Shown: positions 28,318 to 39,000 of the stretch, in pieces | Layout: the number at the start of each line of letters is the position of its first letter | Numbering within the stretch: the first letter of the stretch is position 1 | DNA from: an uncultured archaeon | Lineage (GTDB): Archaea; Asgardarchaeota; Heimdallarchaeia; Heimdallarchaeales; Heimdallarchaeaceae | Direction of reading: 5' to 3' | Length of the DNA: 64,000 bases | NCBI GenBank assembly: GCA_964549075.1 | Contig: CAZJUB010000004.1 | Span: 1 to 64,000, forward strand | Notes under the pieces: generated by a model | What the model was told of the DNA's origin: nothing | The model's input: only the letters and a program-made list of their open reading frames with translations | Database searches by the model: none | Program-made: the position numbers and the translations under genes

Positions 28318-30276
28318 ATGAGTATTCTAGCTTACCTTGAGAAAATTCTACATAAAATCGACAAAGTGTTGTTGAACCAAGGTTATACGGAAGATGAATT
28401 ACATCAAGAAGGATTTCGAATTCTTGGAGAATTATATTTACTCAGTAGTTTGGAAAGAAATGGTTTGTTAAATGCAAATGATAGTTTTCAAAATAAGCAG
28501 AAAGAAGTCGTAAATTCTTTTCCAACGATCTTATCAGGAAAAATAGATACTTTATGCAGTAGTGCTTATGATGATTTACTTAAGCTTAGAGAAAATTATC
28601 AAAAAGATTCTCAACTAGATATTCTTGGATCTTTATATCAGAATGTTCTTACAAGATGGTATATCCAAGATCAAGGGATTGTTTTTACACCTGTACCAAT
28701 TGTAGAGTATATACTATCTCAAATAGACTTTCAATTAAATTCATTTCAAAAAGATGAGAATATAATTGATTTATCATGTGGTTCAGGAATTTTTCTTCGT
28801 AAAGCTGCAGAGAACGCAATTAAAAGTGCTATCTTTAAGAATGAAGAATATAATTTTATCCAAGAATACGTAAATAAAAACATTATAGGTTTTGATATTG
28901 ATCCTGATGCGATTTTTATTTCTCACATCAGTTTAACAGATCTTTTAATAGAAAAACTAAAACAAAATTACTCATTAGATATTAAATTTAATCCTAAAAT
29001 TTTCCAAACAAATTCTTTAGTTGAGAATGATAAAAATGATATCTTAGAAGTACAGAATCTCAAACATTCAAAGTTTAATTATGTAGTTGGTAATCCGCCT
29101 TATATAGAATCCAAAATTATGGATGAAGAAACTAAACAAATATGTATTCAGCATTTTCCTGAAGCAGCTAGGGGTCATTTTGATGTTTATTCATGTTTTC
29201 TATCTTTAGGAACAAGAGTATTAACGAAGGGTGGAAAATTAGGTTATATTATTCCAAATAAATTTCTCAGCTCTAACTATGCTAGAAAACTAAGAGAAAA
29301 ATATCTCTCTTCAAACTGTATTTCTCAGATAGTTGATTTATCACATAATGGTGTATTTCAACCTGCAGTATACCCTATAATTTTGATAATAGATAATCAA
29401 AATACTTTAAAAAATAGCATCAAAATTTCTCGAGCAAAAAGCCTTAACGACTTATCTCTTGATACTTTTTCTCATAACACAAAGATCGTAAAAACGAGTA
29501 ATTTTCTTAAAACTTATAATAAAACAATTTTCATCCTTGAAAATCCAATATTAGATATGGTAAACAGGATTTTCTCAGCGAGTTCTTTGACTTTAGGTGA
29601 GTTAGTTAGATTTCGGTGGGCAATTTCGTTTCATAGAAAAGGATTGCGGGAATTGTTTGTATCAAAAGTCCCTCGAGGACACTCTCCTGTTAAATTTCTT
29701 GGGGGTAAAGCTTTTGGAGGAAATAGAGAAATCAATCGTTATAACTTAAATTGGAAAGGTTATTGGATTGATTACGACCATAAAAAAGCAAAAAGTGTTA
29801 GGAATAATTTTCCTGATTATGAGTATTTTAAAAAAGAGAAAATTATAATTTGTCAGCATGCATTAAGAATAAGAGCAACAGTAGATTATGAAGGATATGC
29901 ATGTAAAGATATTTTTATTATTGGGCATCTTACAAAGAAATCAAGAGAATTAAGGATTAGTCTAGAATACATCCTAGCGTTACTAAATTCAGAACTATAT
30001 AGTCATCTCTATTCAAATATGTATTCTAGTACAGAAATTATGGGTAAATATCTTCACTACTTACCAATGTATCTACATGATCTTCCCGTAATAAAACCTA
30101 CAGAAAGCGACATTGTATATCTAGAAAGTTTGGTGAAAAAAAGATTACAACAAGCAAGTGATGAGTTCTCCTCAATTGATGAAGAAATTGATCAGAAAGT
30201 CTATGAAATTTACAATTGTAGCAAAGAAGAGATAGAACTAGCAAAAAAACATATAAAAGAATATCTAGTGAAATAA
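28318..30276 (+). CDS. N6-adenine DNA methyltransferase (Eco57I/TaqI-like, with TRD; no evident nuclease domain)
   Basis: GIVFTPVPIVEY, DLSCGSGIFL, GFDID, VVGNPPY, GGKLGYIIPNKF, ALLNS, EIDQKVYEIY. Confidence 0.92.
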   Translation: MSILAYLEKILHKIDKVLLNQGYTEDELHQEGFRILGELYLLSSLERNGLLNANDSFQNKQKEVVNSFPTILSGKIDTLCSSAYDDLLKLRENYQKDSQLDILGSLYQNVLTRWYIQDQGIVFTPVPIVEYILSQIDFQLNSFQKDENIIDLSCGSGIFLRKAAENAIKSAIFKNEEYNFIQEYVNKNIIGFDIDPDAIFISHISLTDLLIEKLKQNYSLDIKFNPKIFQTNSLVENDKNDILEVQNLKHSKFNYVVGNPPYIESKIMDEETKQICIQHFPEAARGHFDVYSCFLSLGTRVLTKGGKLGYIIPNKFLSSNYARKLREKYLSSNCISQIVDLSHNGVFQPAVYPIILIIDNQNTLKNSIKISRAKSLNDLSLDTFSHNTKIVKTSNFLKTYNKTIFILENPILDMVNRIFSASSLTLGELVRFRWAISFHRKGLRELFVSKVPRGHSPVKFLGGKAFGGNREINRYNLNWKGYWIDYDHKKAKSVRNNFPDYEYFKKEKIIICQHALRIRATVDYEGYACKDIFIIGHLTKKSRELRISLEYILALLNSELYSHLYSNMYSSTEIMGKYLHYLPMYLHDLPVIKPTESDIVYLESLVKKRLQQASDEFSSIDEEIDQKVYEIYNCSKEEIELAKKHIKEYLVK

Positions 30277-30301
30277 GTGAGAGAAATAAAAACATCTGAA
30301 C

Positions 30302-32341
30302 TTGGTTGAGTTTATGTCAAAAGAGAGTACCGATGAGGTGATAAGTTCTTTTCAGGAGTTCATAAATAATCACCCAAAGCTACAAAAATCCTATGAAATC
30401 ACCCGTTCTTTCCTTCATCGAAAAAGTACGGAAGGTAGCGAAGCTTTTAGAGAAAGTATGAGTAAAACTTGGTTTTTTACCCGAGAGAATATTATTCCTT
30501 ATTTTGCTCCTCTTGCTTTCATCTTTCTATTGTTTTATTTCATATTTTTATACCCATTTATCAAACTATTTACTTGGTTATATCGAATTCTTTTACCTCC
30601 TAAGTTTCGTAATAATTTAAAGAAAGTTTCATTTATCATTATTGCAGGTTTATTTACTTTTGTGTCAGTTGTAGGAAAGATACTTTTAGTTATTTATGAT
30701 ATCTTAGTTCCAACAGGATTACGAGAACTTGTACCTCTTCTTCAATTGTACAGAAAATATGTGTTAGTTATTTCAAATATCTTATCTGGAGAGAAATCTC
30801 AAGAGATTATGGAAGTATCAGAAGAGCTAGATGAATTGATGCTAAAAGAACAAAAAATGATAAAGAATTATCCTATTAGAAGAGGAGTAGGTGAGGTCAT
30901 CAATTTAGCTGTTACTCCTTTGGTATTTATAGCAATACCTACTCTTATTGTACGTATTTTTCGAATAGGTTATGCAACACTATTCTTTACTATAGATAAA
31001 CTTTCAACTCTTGGTCCTCTAGGTCCTCATAATTATCTAAGGTACTTTGATTTACTCAGATTGATTCAGGATTTAACAGGTTTAGGACCTATCTATTCTG
31101 TAGCTTTATTTGGTACTGGCTTACTTCTTGCAAGTTGGATCGCAACCATATTTGGACCAATTTATGCAGTATTTCACAGCTGTAGTGTTACCTTGATGAG
31201 GTTTGGATCATATCGTTGGGCTAATATTTACCAAAGTCTAGAAAATTTCTTTTCTCTTCCTTATTATGCTGCAAAATCATCTTTCAGTTTCTTTGATGCT
31301 CCTCCGATATCAATCGAAACGTACAAGGATTTTAAATTGGTAATTGAGGATGAAGTAGATACGATAAAAGAGAAAGTTCAATCACTTATTGTTTTAGATA
31401 GTGTTAAAGTCCCTGAACGTTCCAAAGAGATGTTAGAAGATCTTTTAGGGAAAGCTGAATTGACTTTAAATGAGCTTGATATTTCACGAATAGAACAAGA
31501 AACAGCTCGAACATTTGCACTTCTTATTTGGAGTAAAGAAGCATCAATTTTTCCTTGGATATCAAATGAAGCTAAAAGCACATTCGCTAAACAAAATGAT
31601 ATGTCTGTTGAAGAAGTAGGAAAAGCTTTTAGTTTGATTCTAAAGAAAATTGATGAAGGGTATCTCACAGATGATCTTTTTTCGTCTGTTTTAATAACCG
31701 GAGCTTTGAAAGGTATTAACGATCAACAAAAGAAATACAAACAGCTATTAGATGATATCGAATATAACAAACTAGCTATTTCCTTAGCTCTAGGAGCAAG
31801 ACAATATCTAAAGGATCAATTTGCAAAAAAACCTTGGTATAAGAAAATTGGAAAGAAGATTTTAATTTCATTAATTGCTCCTTTTATGCCTTTAGCTGTT
31901 ATAATTCTAGCATTTTATAACTATTTCAAACACATAATTTTGTCAACATTAAAAGCAATCATTGCTTTAGGAACAACCCGTGTAGGTCGTTTTATTTCTA
32001 GAAGATTTCTAGAAATTCGTGATACCATCATAACTACTTTTGACACAGTATCTTCGATGGGAAAAGAATTTAGCTTCAAAGAAGATTTGAATATAGATTT
32101 TAACAAGGCTCTCAAAATAACTGGAAAGATAATATTTAGACTAATCTTTTTTGTACCAGTACTTCTTTATTCTCTTTACAAAACAATAAGAAGATTATTT
32201 TACAGGATCTTTAAAAGGAGAAGTGAGGAGGAAGGGATGAGAAGAAGGTTTGAAAGAGAATTAGCAAAAGCATCTCTTGTGGCAATGTATCAAGAGATTT
32301 ATGATAAAATGTTAATCTCAGACTTATTAATTACAGATTAA
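30302..32341 (+). CDS. Uncharacterised multi-pass membrane protein (paralog family member 2)
   Basis: GLRELVP, YPIRRGVGE, FGPIYAVFH, SFSFFDAPP, GALKGI, MYQEIYDKM; several TM segments. Confidence 0.8.
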   Translation: MVEFMSKESTDEVISSFQEFINNHPKLQKSYEITRSFLHRKSTEGSEAFRESMSKTWFFTRENIIPYFAPLAFIFLLFYFIFLYPFIKLFTWLYRILLPPKFRNNLKKVSFIIIAGLFTFVSVVGKILLVIYDILVPTGLRELVPLLQLYRKYVLVISNILSGEKSQEIMEVSEELDELMLKEQKMIKNYPIRRGVGEVINLAVTPLVFIAIPTLIVRIFRIGYATLFFTIDKLSTLGPLGPHNYLRYFDLLRLIQDLTGLGPIYSVALFGTGLLLASWIATIFGPIYAVFHSCSVTLMRFGSYRWANIYQSLENFFSLPYYAAKSSFSFFDAPPISIETYKDFKLVIEDEVDTIKEKVQSLIVLDSVKVPERSKEMLEDLLGKAELTLNELDISRIEQETARTFALLIWSKEASIFPWISNEAKSTFAKQNDMSVEEVGKAFSLILKKIDEGYLTDDLFSSVLITGALKGINDQQKKYKQLLDDIEYNKLAISLALGARQYLKDQFAKKPWYKKIGKKILISLIAPFMPLAVIILAFYNYFKHIILSTLKAIIALGTTRVGRFISRRFLEIRDTIITTFDTVSSMGKEFSFKEDLNIDFNKALKITGKIIFRLIFFVPVLLYSLYKTIRRLFYRIFKRRSEEEGMRRRFERELAKASLVAMYQEIYDKMLISDLLITD

Positions 32342-32351
32342 ATAGTGATAC

Positions 32352-34142
32352 TTGCGGAACATTAAAATTCTTTTAAGAAAATGTTTTTCAATGTCTTCTA
32401 GTGCTAATGTCAATCAAGCAGATGAAGAAATAACTGAAAAAGAAGAAGAGATAAACAAAGAAGTATCTGAGGGAACTGGAGAAGAGGAGGAAAAATTTCA
32501 AAGTAAAAAGAAAGGCAAATTTACCTTTACAATTCTTTCTGTAATAATATCAATTGTTTCTATTAGCACAAAATTCATGATAATTATTTATGATATTTTC
32601 ATCCCAAAAGCACTTCGTGAATATGTTCCTTTTCTAAATATGGTTCGTAAAATTGCTTTACCCATTTCAGAGATACTTGCAGGAAAGAAATCAAAAGAAA
32701 TAACTGAGGTAACAAATGAACTTGATGAATTGGATATTCAAAAAGAGAAGGTAATGAAAGCTTATCCTCTTCGAAGAACTATTGGGCAAGCGATAAGTAT
32801 GGGTGTTTCTCCTCTTATTCTAATTGTAATTCCAACTATTATTTGGGGTGACACTTTGATCGACAAAATCCAACTAGCTCTTAATATACCAGAAGATTAT
32901 CAATGGGTAATTTTTCTGCTATTGGGAACTATTATGTTGATTTTATCATGGATTGTAACCGTTTTCGGACCGTTTTATGTTATTTTTCATAATTCGAGTA
33001 AATATATGCTAAAATTAGGAGCTTACAGGTGGGCAGCCATATTTCAAGATTTAGAAAATCTATTTGCTATCCCTTATTTTACTGCTAAATCTTCGTTTAG
33101 TTTTTTTGATGCACCTCCAATCTCAAGTGAGACTCTAGAGGAATTTAAACTAGACATTAAAGACGAAGTAGAAACAGTTAAAGAGAAAGTGGAAGGATTG
33201 CTTGCACTCGACACGAAGAATGTTCCTGATCGATCAAAAGAACAGCTTGAGAAACTCCTCAAGAAAATAGAGATCCCATTGGAAAAATTAGATTTATCCA
33301 AAGTTAAAGATAGTACTGCTAGAACATTTGCATTATTAATCTGGTCTAAAGAATCATCTATTCTTCCCTGGAGAAGACAAGATGCGTTAGAGAAATTTGC
33401 TGAAAGAAATAATCTAACTAATCAAGAAGTCAAGGAAGCTTTCATTCTCTTAAACAAAAAGAGAAAGGAAGAAGGTATATCTGAGGAAACTGTCAAGTCA
33501 ATTCTTGTTACAGGAGCACTAAAAGGAATTGAGAAACAAGAAGAGAAATATGAACAAATAATGACAGATATTGAAGCTAACAAACTAGCCATTTCTTTAG
33601 CATTAGGTACAGAACAATATTTAGAAGACCTTTACTCAACACTTCCATTATTCTTAAAGATTCTAAAGGAAATTAGTTTTTCAATTTTAGCCTTTTTAAT
33701 GCCATTTCTGCTTATAATTATAGCAATTTTACTTTACATCAAACATGTCATCTTTACTCTGTTCAAGACATTATTTTCAAAAGATACCTTAAGGATTCAT
33801 AGATATATTAAGAAAAGATATAAAGAAATCAAAAACACACTAGAAGAAACTTATCAATCTGTAAAAGAAAAAGGTAAGAAATTCAATTTCAAAGAAGATG
33901 TCGATATCGATTTCAAAGGCTTTTTCAAGAAAATTGGAAAAGGTTTCTTGAAACTTATTCTCGCTCTTATTAAATTAGCAATTCTATGGCCTTTATGGAA
34001 ATCACTCTATATTCGTATAGCTAAACTTGTTGCAAATCGAAAACCAGAAGCAAAGATGAGAAAGATGTTTGAGAAAGAGCTCACAACAGAATCGTTGATT
34101 TTCATGTATCAAGAAGTATATGATAGATTAATTATTCAATAG
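32352..34142 (+). CDS. Uncharacterised multi-pass membrane protein (paralog family member 3)
   Basis: ALREYVP, YPLRRTIGQ, FGPFYVIFH, SFSFFDAPP, GALKGI, MYQEVYDRL; likely start ATG 32391. Confidence 0.8.
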   Translation: MRNIKILLRKCFSMSSSANVNQADEEITEKEEEINKEVSEGTGEEEEKFQSKKKGKFTFTILSVIISIVSISTKFMIIIYDIFIPKALREYVPFLNMVRKIALPISEILAGKKSKEITEVTNELDELDIQKEKVMKAYPLRRTIGQAISMGVSPLILIVIPTIIWGDTLIDKIQLALNIPEDYQWVIFLLLGTIMLILSWIVTVFGPFYVIFHNSSKYMLKLGAYRWAAIFQDLENLFAIPYFTAKSSFSFFDAPPISSETLEEFKLDIKDEVETVKEKVEGLLALDTKNVPDRSKEQLEKLLKKIEIPLEKLDLSKVKDSTARTFALLIWSKESSILPWRRQDALEKFAERNNLTNQEVKEAFILLNKKRKEEGISEETVKSILVTGALKGIEKQEEKYEQIMTDIEANKLAISLALGTEQYLEDLYSTLPLFLKILKEISFSILAFLMPFLLIIIAILLYIKHVIFTLFKTLFSKDTLRIHRYIKKRYKEIKNTLEETYQSVKEKGKKFNFKEDVDIDFKGFFKKIGKGFLKLILALIKLAILWPLWKSLYIRIAKLVANRKPEAKMRKMFEKELTTESLIFMYQEVYDRLIIQ

Positions 34143-34234
34143 ATTTTTCTTCTGTTACTCAATTTTAGAAAACAAAACTTAAAAATGGATTACCTATCCG
34201 TTGGTTCACTAATATTATTACATAGGGTGAAGAA

Positions 34235-35338
34235 TTGACTATACAAGATCCACTTAAAGGGCAGAAATTTGGTCCTGCTATTGTATCTCTAGCTAATGCA
34301 GCTCGAGCTTTTGATGCTCCTGTACGTTATCCAATTTTATTTAACTCACCAAACGCTTTTACTTCCCCATGGGGAATGCCTAGAGCTTCTTCTTTTATAA
34401 CGTTGATTGAACATTTCTTTGGAATACTCATCTTATTACCCATTATAGGATTCTCAAGAGGTTTCAAGAAGTTGTTTTTAGCAATCAAATCATTCACTGT
34501 AAGAGATTGGATATCTCTGTTATACGTTTCATTTGGTGGATCAGCATTGGGTTTATTCTTTTTTCTTATAGCAATGGGTTTAGGAAATCCAACTATTGCG
34601 ATATTAGTCCAAAAAATACAACCACTTGTTACCTTAGTTTTTGCTGTTATAATATTAAAAGAAAAATTATCACTTAGGTTCTATATTGCTCTTGGATTCT
34701 CACTTATAGGGATTGTATTAATGGCTATGCCTGATATTATAAAATTAGTAGAAGAAGGTGATTACACTGGTCTAATTGCAATACTATTCTCCCTAATTGC
34801 AGCAATCCTTTGGGGAGGTAGCACTGTTTTCGGTAGAATTCTTACTGAAAAAGTAGATTTTTGGGATCTAACTTTACTTCGATATGTTGGAGGATTTATA
34901 TTCTTAATTTTCTTGAATATACCTCTAATGACTTACAATTCTACTTATTTTGGATTTCTTCTCCAGAAACAGCATGTATTTGCTTATGAAAATCCAGCAG
35001 GTTCAGGTATTTTTGTTCCTGTTAATTGGCAATGGATTATTATCTTAGCAATACTCTATTTTGCTTCTTTAACAGGTGGTGTTTTACCACTAATGTTATA
35101 TTATTTTGGTCTTAAACGTTCAAAAGCAGCAATAGCAGGATTATCAGAATTAGCTTTCCCTGTTTTAGCAATTATTGTCAATTACTACTTCTTAGGTTAT
35201 GGACTAGATTGGTTTCAAGGTTCAGGAGCGCTTTTATTAGTTGTTACGATGTCTTTACTTTCATATATTAATGCAAAAGAAATGGAAAAGACAAAAAAAC
35301 ACGCTAGCAGTACAAATACGAAGGTTGAGAAAGAATAA
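34235..35338 (+). CDS. DMT/EamA family transporter
   Basis: About 10 TM helices; QKIQPL...LKEK, WGGSTVFGR, YYFGLK...ELAFP. Confidence 0.85.
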   Translation: MTIQDPLKGQKFGPAIVSLANAARAFDAPVRYPILFNSPNAFTSPWGMPRASSFITLIEHFFGILILLPIIGFSRGFKKLFLAIKSFTVRDWISLLYVSFGGSALGLFFFLIAMGLGNPTIAILVQKIQPLVTLVFAVIILKEKLSLRFYIALGFSLIGIVLMAMPDIIKLVEEGDYTGLIAILFSLIAAILWGGSTVFGRILTEKVDFWDLTLLRYVGGFIFLIFLNIPLMTYNSTYFGFLLQKQHVFAYENPAGSGIFVPVNWQWIIILAILYFASLTGGVLPLMLYYFGLKRSKAAIAGLSELAFPVLAIIVNYYFLGYGLDWFQGSGALLLVVTMSLLSYINAKEMEKTKKHASSTNTKVEKE

Positions 35339-35351
35339 AATTGTATTTTTT

Positions 35352-35924
35352 TCACCAATCTATTCCAAAAATTATTTCTAGTTCGAAAGGACTTATTATT
35401 TTTCCTTGATTGAAGTTCAAAAGTGTAATCCTATTGTTCAGATAAGATTTCAAATCTTTTATAATAACCTCATATCCCTCTTTATCAACTTCTTTATCAA
35501 GATGTAGCGTAACAGTAAAAATCTTCATGGCACTATCATATTCAGTTTCAACATCAGCAACTAAATGAGCGAAGAATCTTGAGTTAAACATTTCATCTAT
35601 TTCATTATATCGTTCTGTTAAAAACCACGCAGGAACTAATTCTTCCTCTTCTTCTGCAACTTCCTTATATGATTTTTTCTTCTTATCATGATATACACTA
35701 AGTAATTTAAAAATAAGCTCATCTACTCTGAGCTTAAGATATTCATTCAAGGTTTCACTTTTCAACAGCTTTGCTTTGACATGTTCAAAGTAATCTGAGA
35801 ACATGTCGTCACTATAATGAATCATCTTTGAATCAAACCAATTTCCTACTGTTTCCAGAATCGAATTCAGGTCCAATTCAAAAATCAATGTTTCAACCTT
35901 TTCTTCATCACTCATTGATATCAC
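35352..35924 (-). CDS. Hypothetical acidic protein
   Basis: 190-aa ORF; likely start ATG 35915; no motif recognised. Confidence 0.6.
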   Translation of the reverse strand: MISMSDEEKVETLIFELDLNSILETVGNWFDSKMIHYSDDMFSDYFEHVKAKLLKSETLNEYLKLRVDELIFKLLSVYHDKKKKSYKEVAEEEEELVPAWFLTERYNEIDEMFNSRFFAHLVADVETEYDSAMKIFTVTLHLDKEVDKEGYEVIIKDLKSYLNNRITLLNFNQGKIISPFELEIIFGIDW

Positions 35925-36089
35925 TTTTATGAAGTGAGATTAGTATACTTAATCCAAACTTGTTTAAATAGTATTCTGTGATATCAAGAAAATTTATTTA
36001 GAAAAAGGATAGTAATTGAATATATTAAATTGTATTACCCTTACATTAAGCTTTATTAGTTACAAAAATCAGAAAATAATAGGGGTTCT

Positions 36090-39000
36090 ATGAAATTAAA
36101 TTTTTCAACTGCTATTATCATCAGTATTGTATTTACATCCTTTCTTCTTAATCCACAATTGATCTCATTAATAAATAAATCTAATAATCAATCAACAGAA
36201 TCAAGTCCAGAAACGCAAACAAATAATATTCCTAATTATGATGACGATGTTTCTACCATTAAAAAAATTGAAACACCAGGTCATTATGCATTAAAAGCAT
36301 TTTTTTCACAAAATAACATCATAAATATAGGTCCTGAAGGCGATGCTTTAGAATGGGTTAGCTATGATGACATACGATATTCAGGATGGTCAAGTAGTTA
36401 TTCAACCATGGATTTCAGAATTGATAGTAGTTACACATATAATCCTGATTGTTGGCCAAATCAAGTTGATACATATACCTACATGAGAGATAATGGATAT
36501 CCCTATCCTGTTTCAGTAATGTATAGCCCTGTTTTTGAAGAAGAAACATATATTCAAGGTAAAGTTCATTTTTTGACATATCTTCGAACAAATTTCGATT
36601 ATGCTTATTCATTAACTATAACTTTTCGAATTAGACTCATGCTTTTCAATACTACAGATTCAACATCATCAGAGATTATATCGATAGAAGATGATTTAGG
36701 TTATGATGATTACACACAAGCAATTACTTATGATTACACCTTAGGTTCGCCAGTAACAATACCAGCTGGATTTCGGCTTAAAGTAGCTTATGATGCAAAA
36801 TTATCTACTCTAAGTTATTCTGGAAATATGTTTCTATATGCAGGAGACAGAGGATATAACACTTTACATTGGAATATTTATGATGGAGATTATTCTGCGT
36901 ATTATTCAATATCAAGTACTGATGAGATTTTAGGAGTTCAATTCGATATGTATGATACCATTTATCCTAATATCATAACTTCAGGATTTAGTAATAACAC
37001 TATTTATCAAGAAAATAAAACAATTTCAATTGATGTATCAGGAGCAGAAGATAGTTCCTATACTTGGGATTATGGAACACCTGTTAGTTTTGGTACTTAT
37101 ACAACCACAGATTTACCTTTTACCATGGGCTGGCACACTTTAGCAGTACAAGCTCTAGATGAGTATGAGAACAACAAGACAATGATTTATGAAATAGGTT
37201 ATGATGGTTCAATAATTAATATTGCTCTTCAGAGTCCAAGTAACAATTCAGTTGTTGGTAAAGGAGAAATTCTTGATTTTGAGATATTTAGTATAGATTA
37301 TGCAACGTATGAATGGGATAATAGTGGAACGCAAAATAATTTAACATCACCAGAATATGACATTATTGCGCCAGCATTTGATGGAATTCACAATTTAACA
37401 ATTACAACACATGATGTTTTTGAAACTAAATCTTTCTATTATGAATTTAATTTTGATGGTATAGCACCAGCTATAAATCTCGTAGATGCTAGTGTGTCTA
37501 ACAATTCTATACAACCAGCTGGGAAACTCATTGACATCAATGTAACAGATCCTGTAGGAGTAGCTGAAGTGTATTATAAATGGGATTCAAGAGATAATTT
37601 TACTTGGTATGCTTTTGATGGATCTATCTATAGAACATATTTACCAGAATCGGCTGGAGTTCATACCCTTTATGTCTCAGCTAAAGATAATTATGACAAT
37701 GCAATTAGTTTAGTTTTCCGTTTTACAGCTCAATTAAATCAAATATTAGTGGAATTAAGAAATGTTAATGACAACTCATACTTTCAAGGTAACAATGTTA
37801 TAGAAGTAACTATGCTTGGAATTAATAATACGATAAAATATAAATGGGACTCAGGAAGCGAATTAGATGGTTTATTAGATGCGTTTTATGTTAATTCAAC
37901 GTTGATTCTAAATGGAACTAATGTTCTTCCTTATTCACCCTTAGGAGAACATTATTTGACTATTAGAACCTTTGATACATCTGATATGCAGCATATTTAT
38001 ATTTTTAAATTTACTTTGGATAGAGAAGCTCCTGTAATTCTCACAGACAAACTGGAATATGATGGGAAAAGATTTCTTGATACTGATACTTTACAATTTT
38101 CTTTTAGTGACAATTTTGCTTCAGTGTCTCAGTTAGATGTAATCCTTTCTGTTGATGGAATTACAAACCATTCTCTTATATACCCTTACAATTTTAATCT
38201 TCTCTCACTATCTGATGGAACATATAATTTAACTATATATGTTTATGATATTGCAGATAATTTCGCGATAAGATCCTATCTAATAACTATAGATAATACT
38301 GCTCCTGAGATAGAAATCATTAATATGGAAGATATAGTTTATCTGCAAGGTCAGTATTATATTCCAGGTGATTTTAATGTATCTGTCTTAATAACAGATG
38401 ATGATAGTCAGATTAACAGTACATATTCATGGGGAGGAACAGAATATAATGATTTCAGTAATTCTTTCATCTTAAGTTTTATAGATGGAACTTCAGTCTT
38501 GTATATAAATGCAAGTGATTCTTTAGGAAATCATGAAGAAATTTCTATAACATTAACAATAGATAGTACAGCTCCTATATCCACCTTAGTCTTTCCTTTT
38601 ATTAATTCTAAAATCAATAGTAATACAACTTTAGATTTTGTTATTGAAGATATATCAAGAGCTACAATTGAAACTATATATTATACGTGGGATTATATTC
38701 CAGCAGCTATATTTTTTCCATTAACATTTAATAGTCTAGGCGAAGCAACATTCGATGGATATCCAGAATCTTTCTATCCAGCAAATGGCACAACAGCTGT
38801 TTTGTCAGTTTATGTAGAAGATATAGTTGGGAATAACCATACATATACATATAGTTTTGTTGTTGATAATGAAGGACCAAATTATAATCTGCAACTATAC
38901 AACGAGGATACTGAACAATGGGAAATTCTAAAAATTACAGAGACTTATCTTATAACTAATGATTCATTGATTAGAATAGTTGCAGAAAATACTGAAGATA

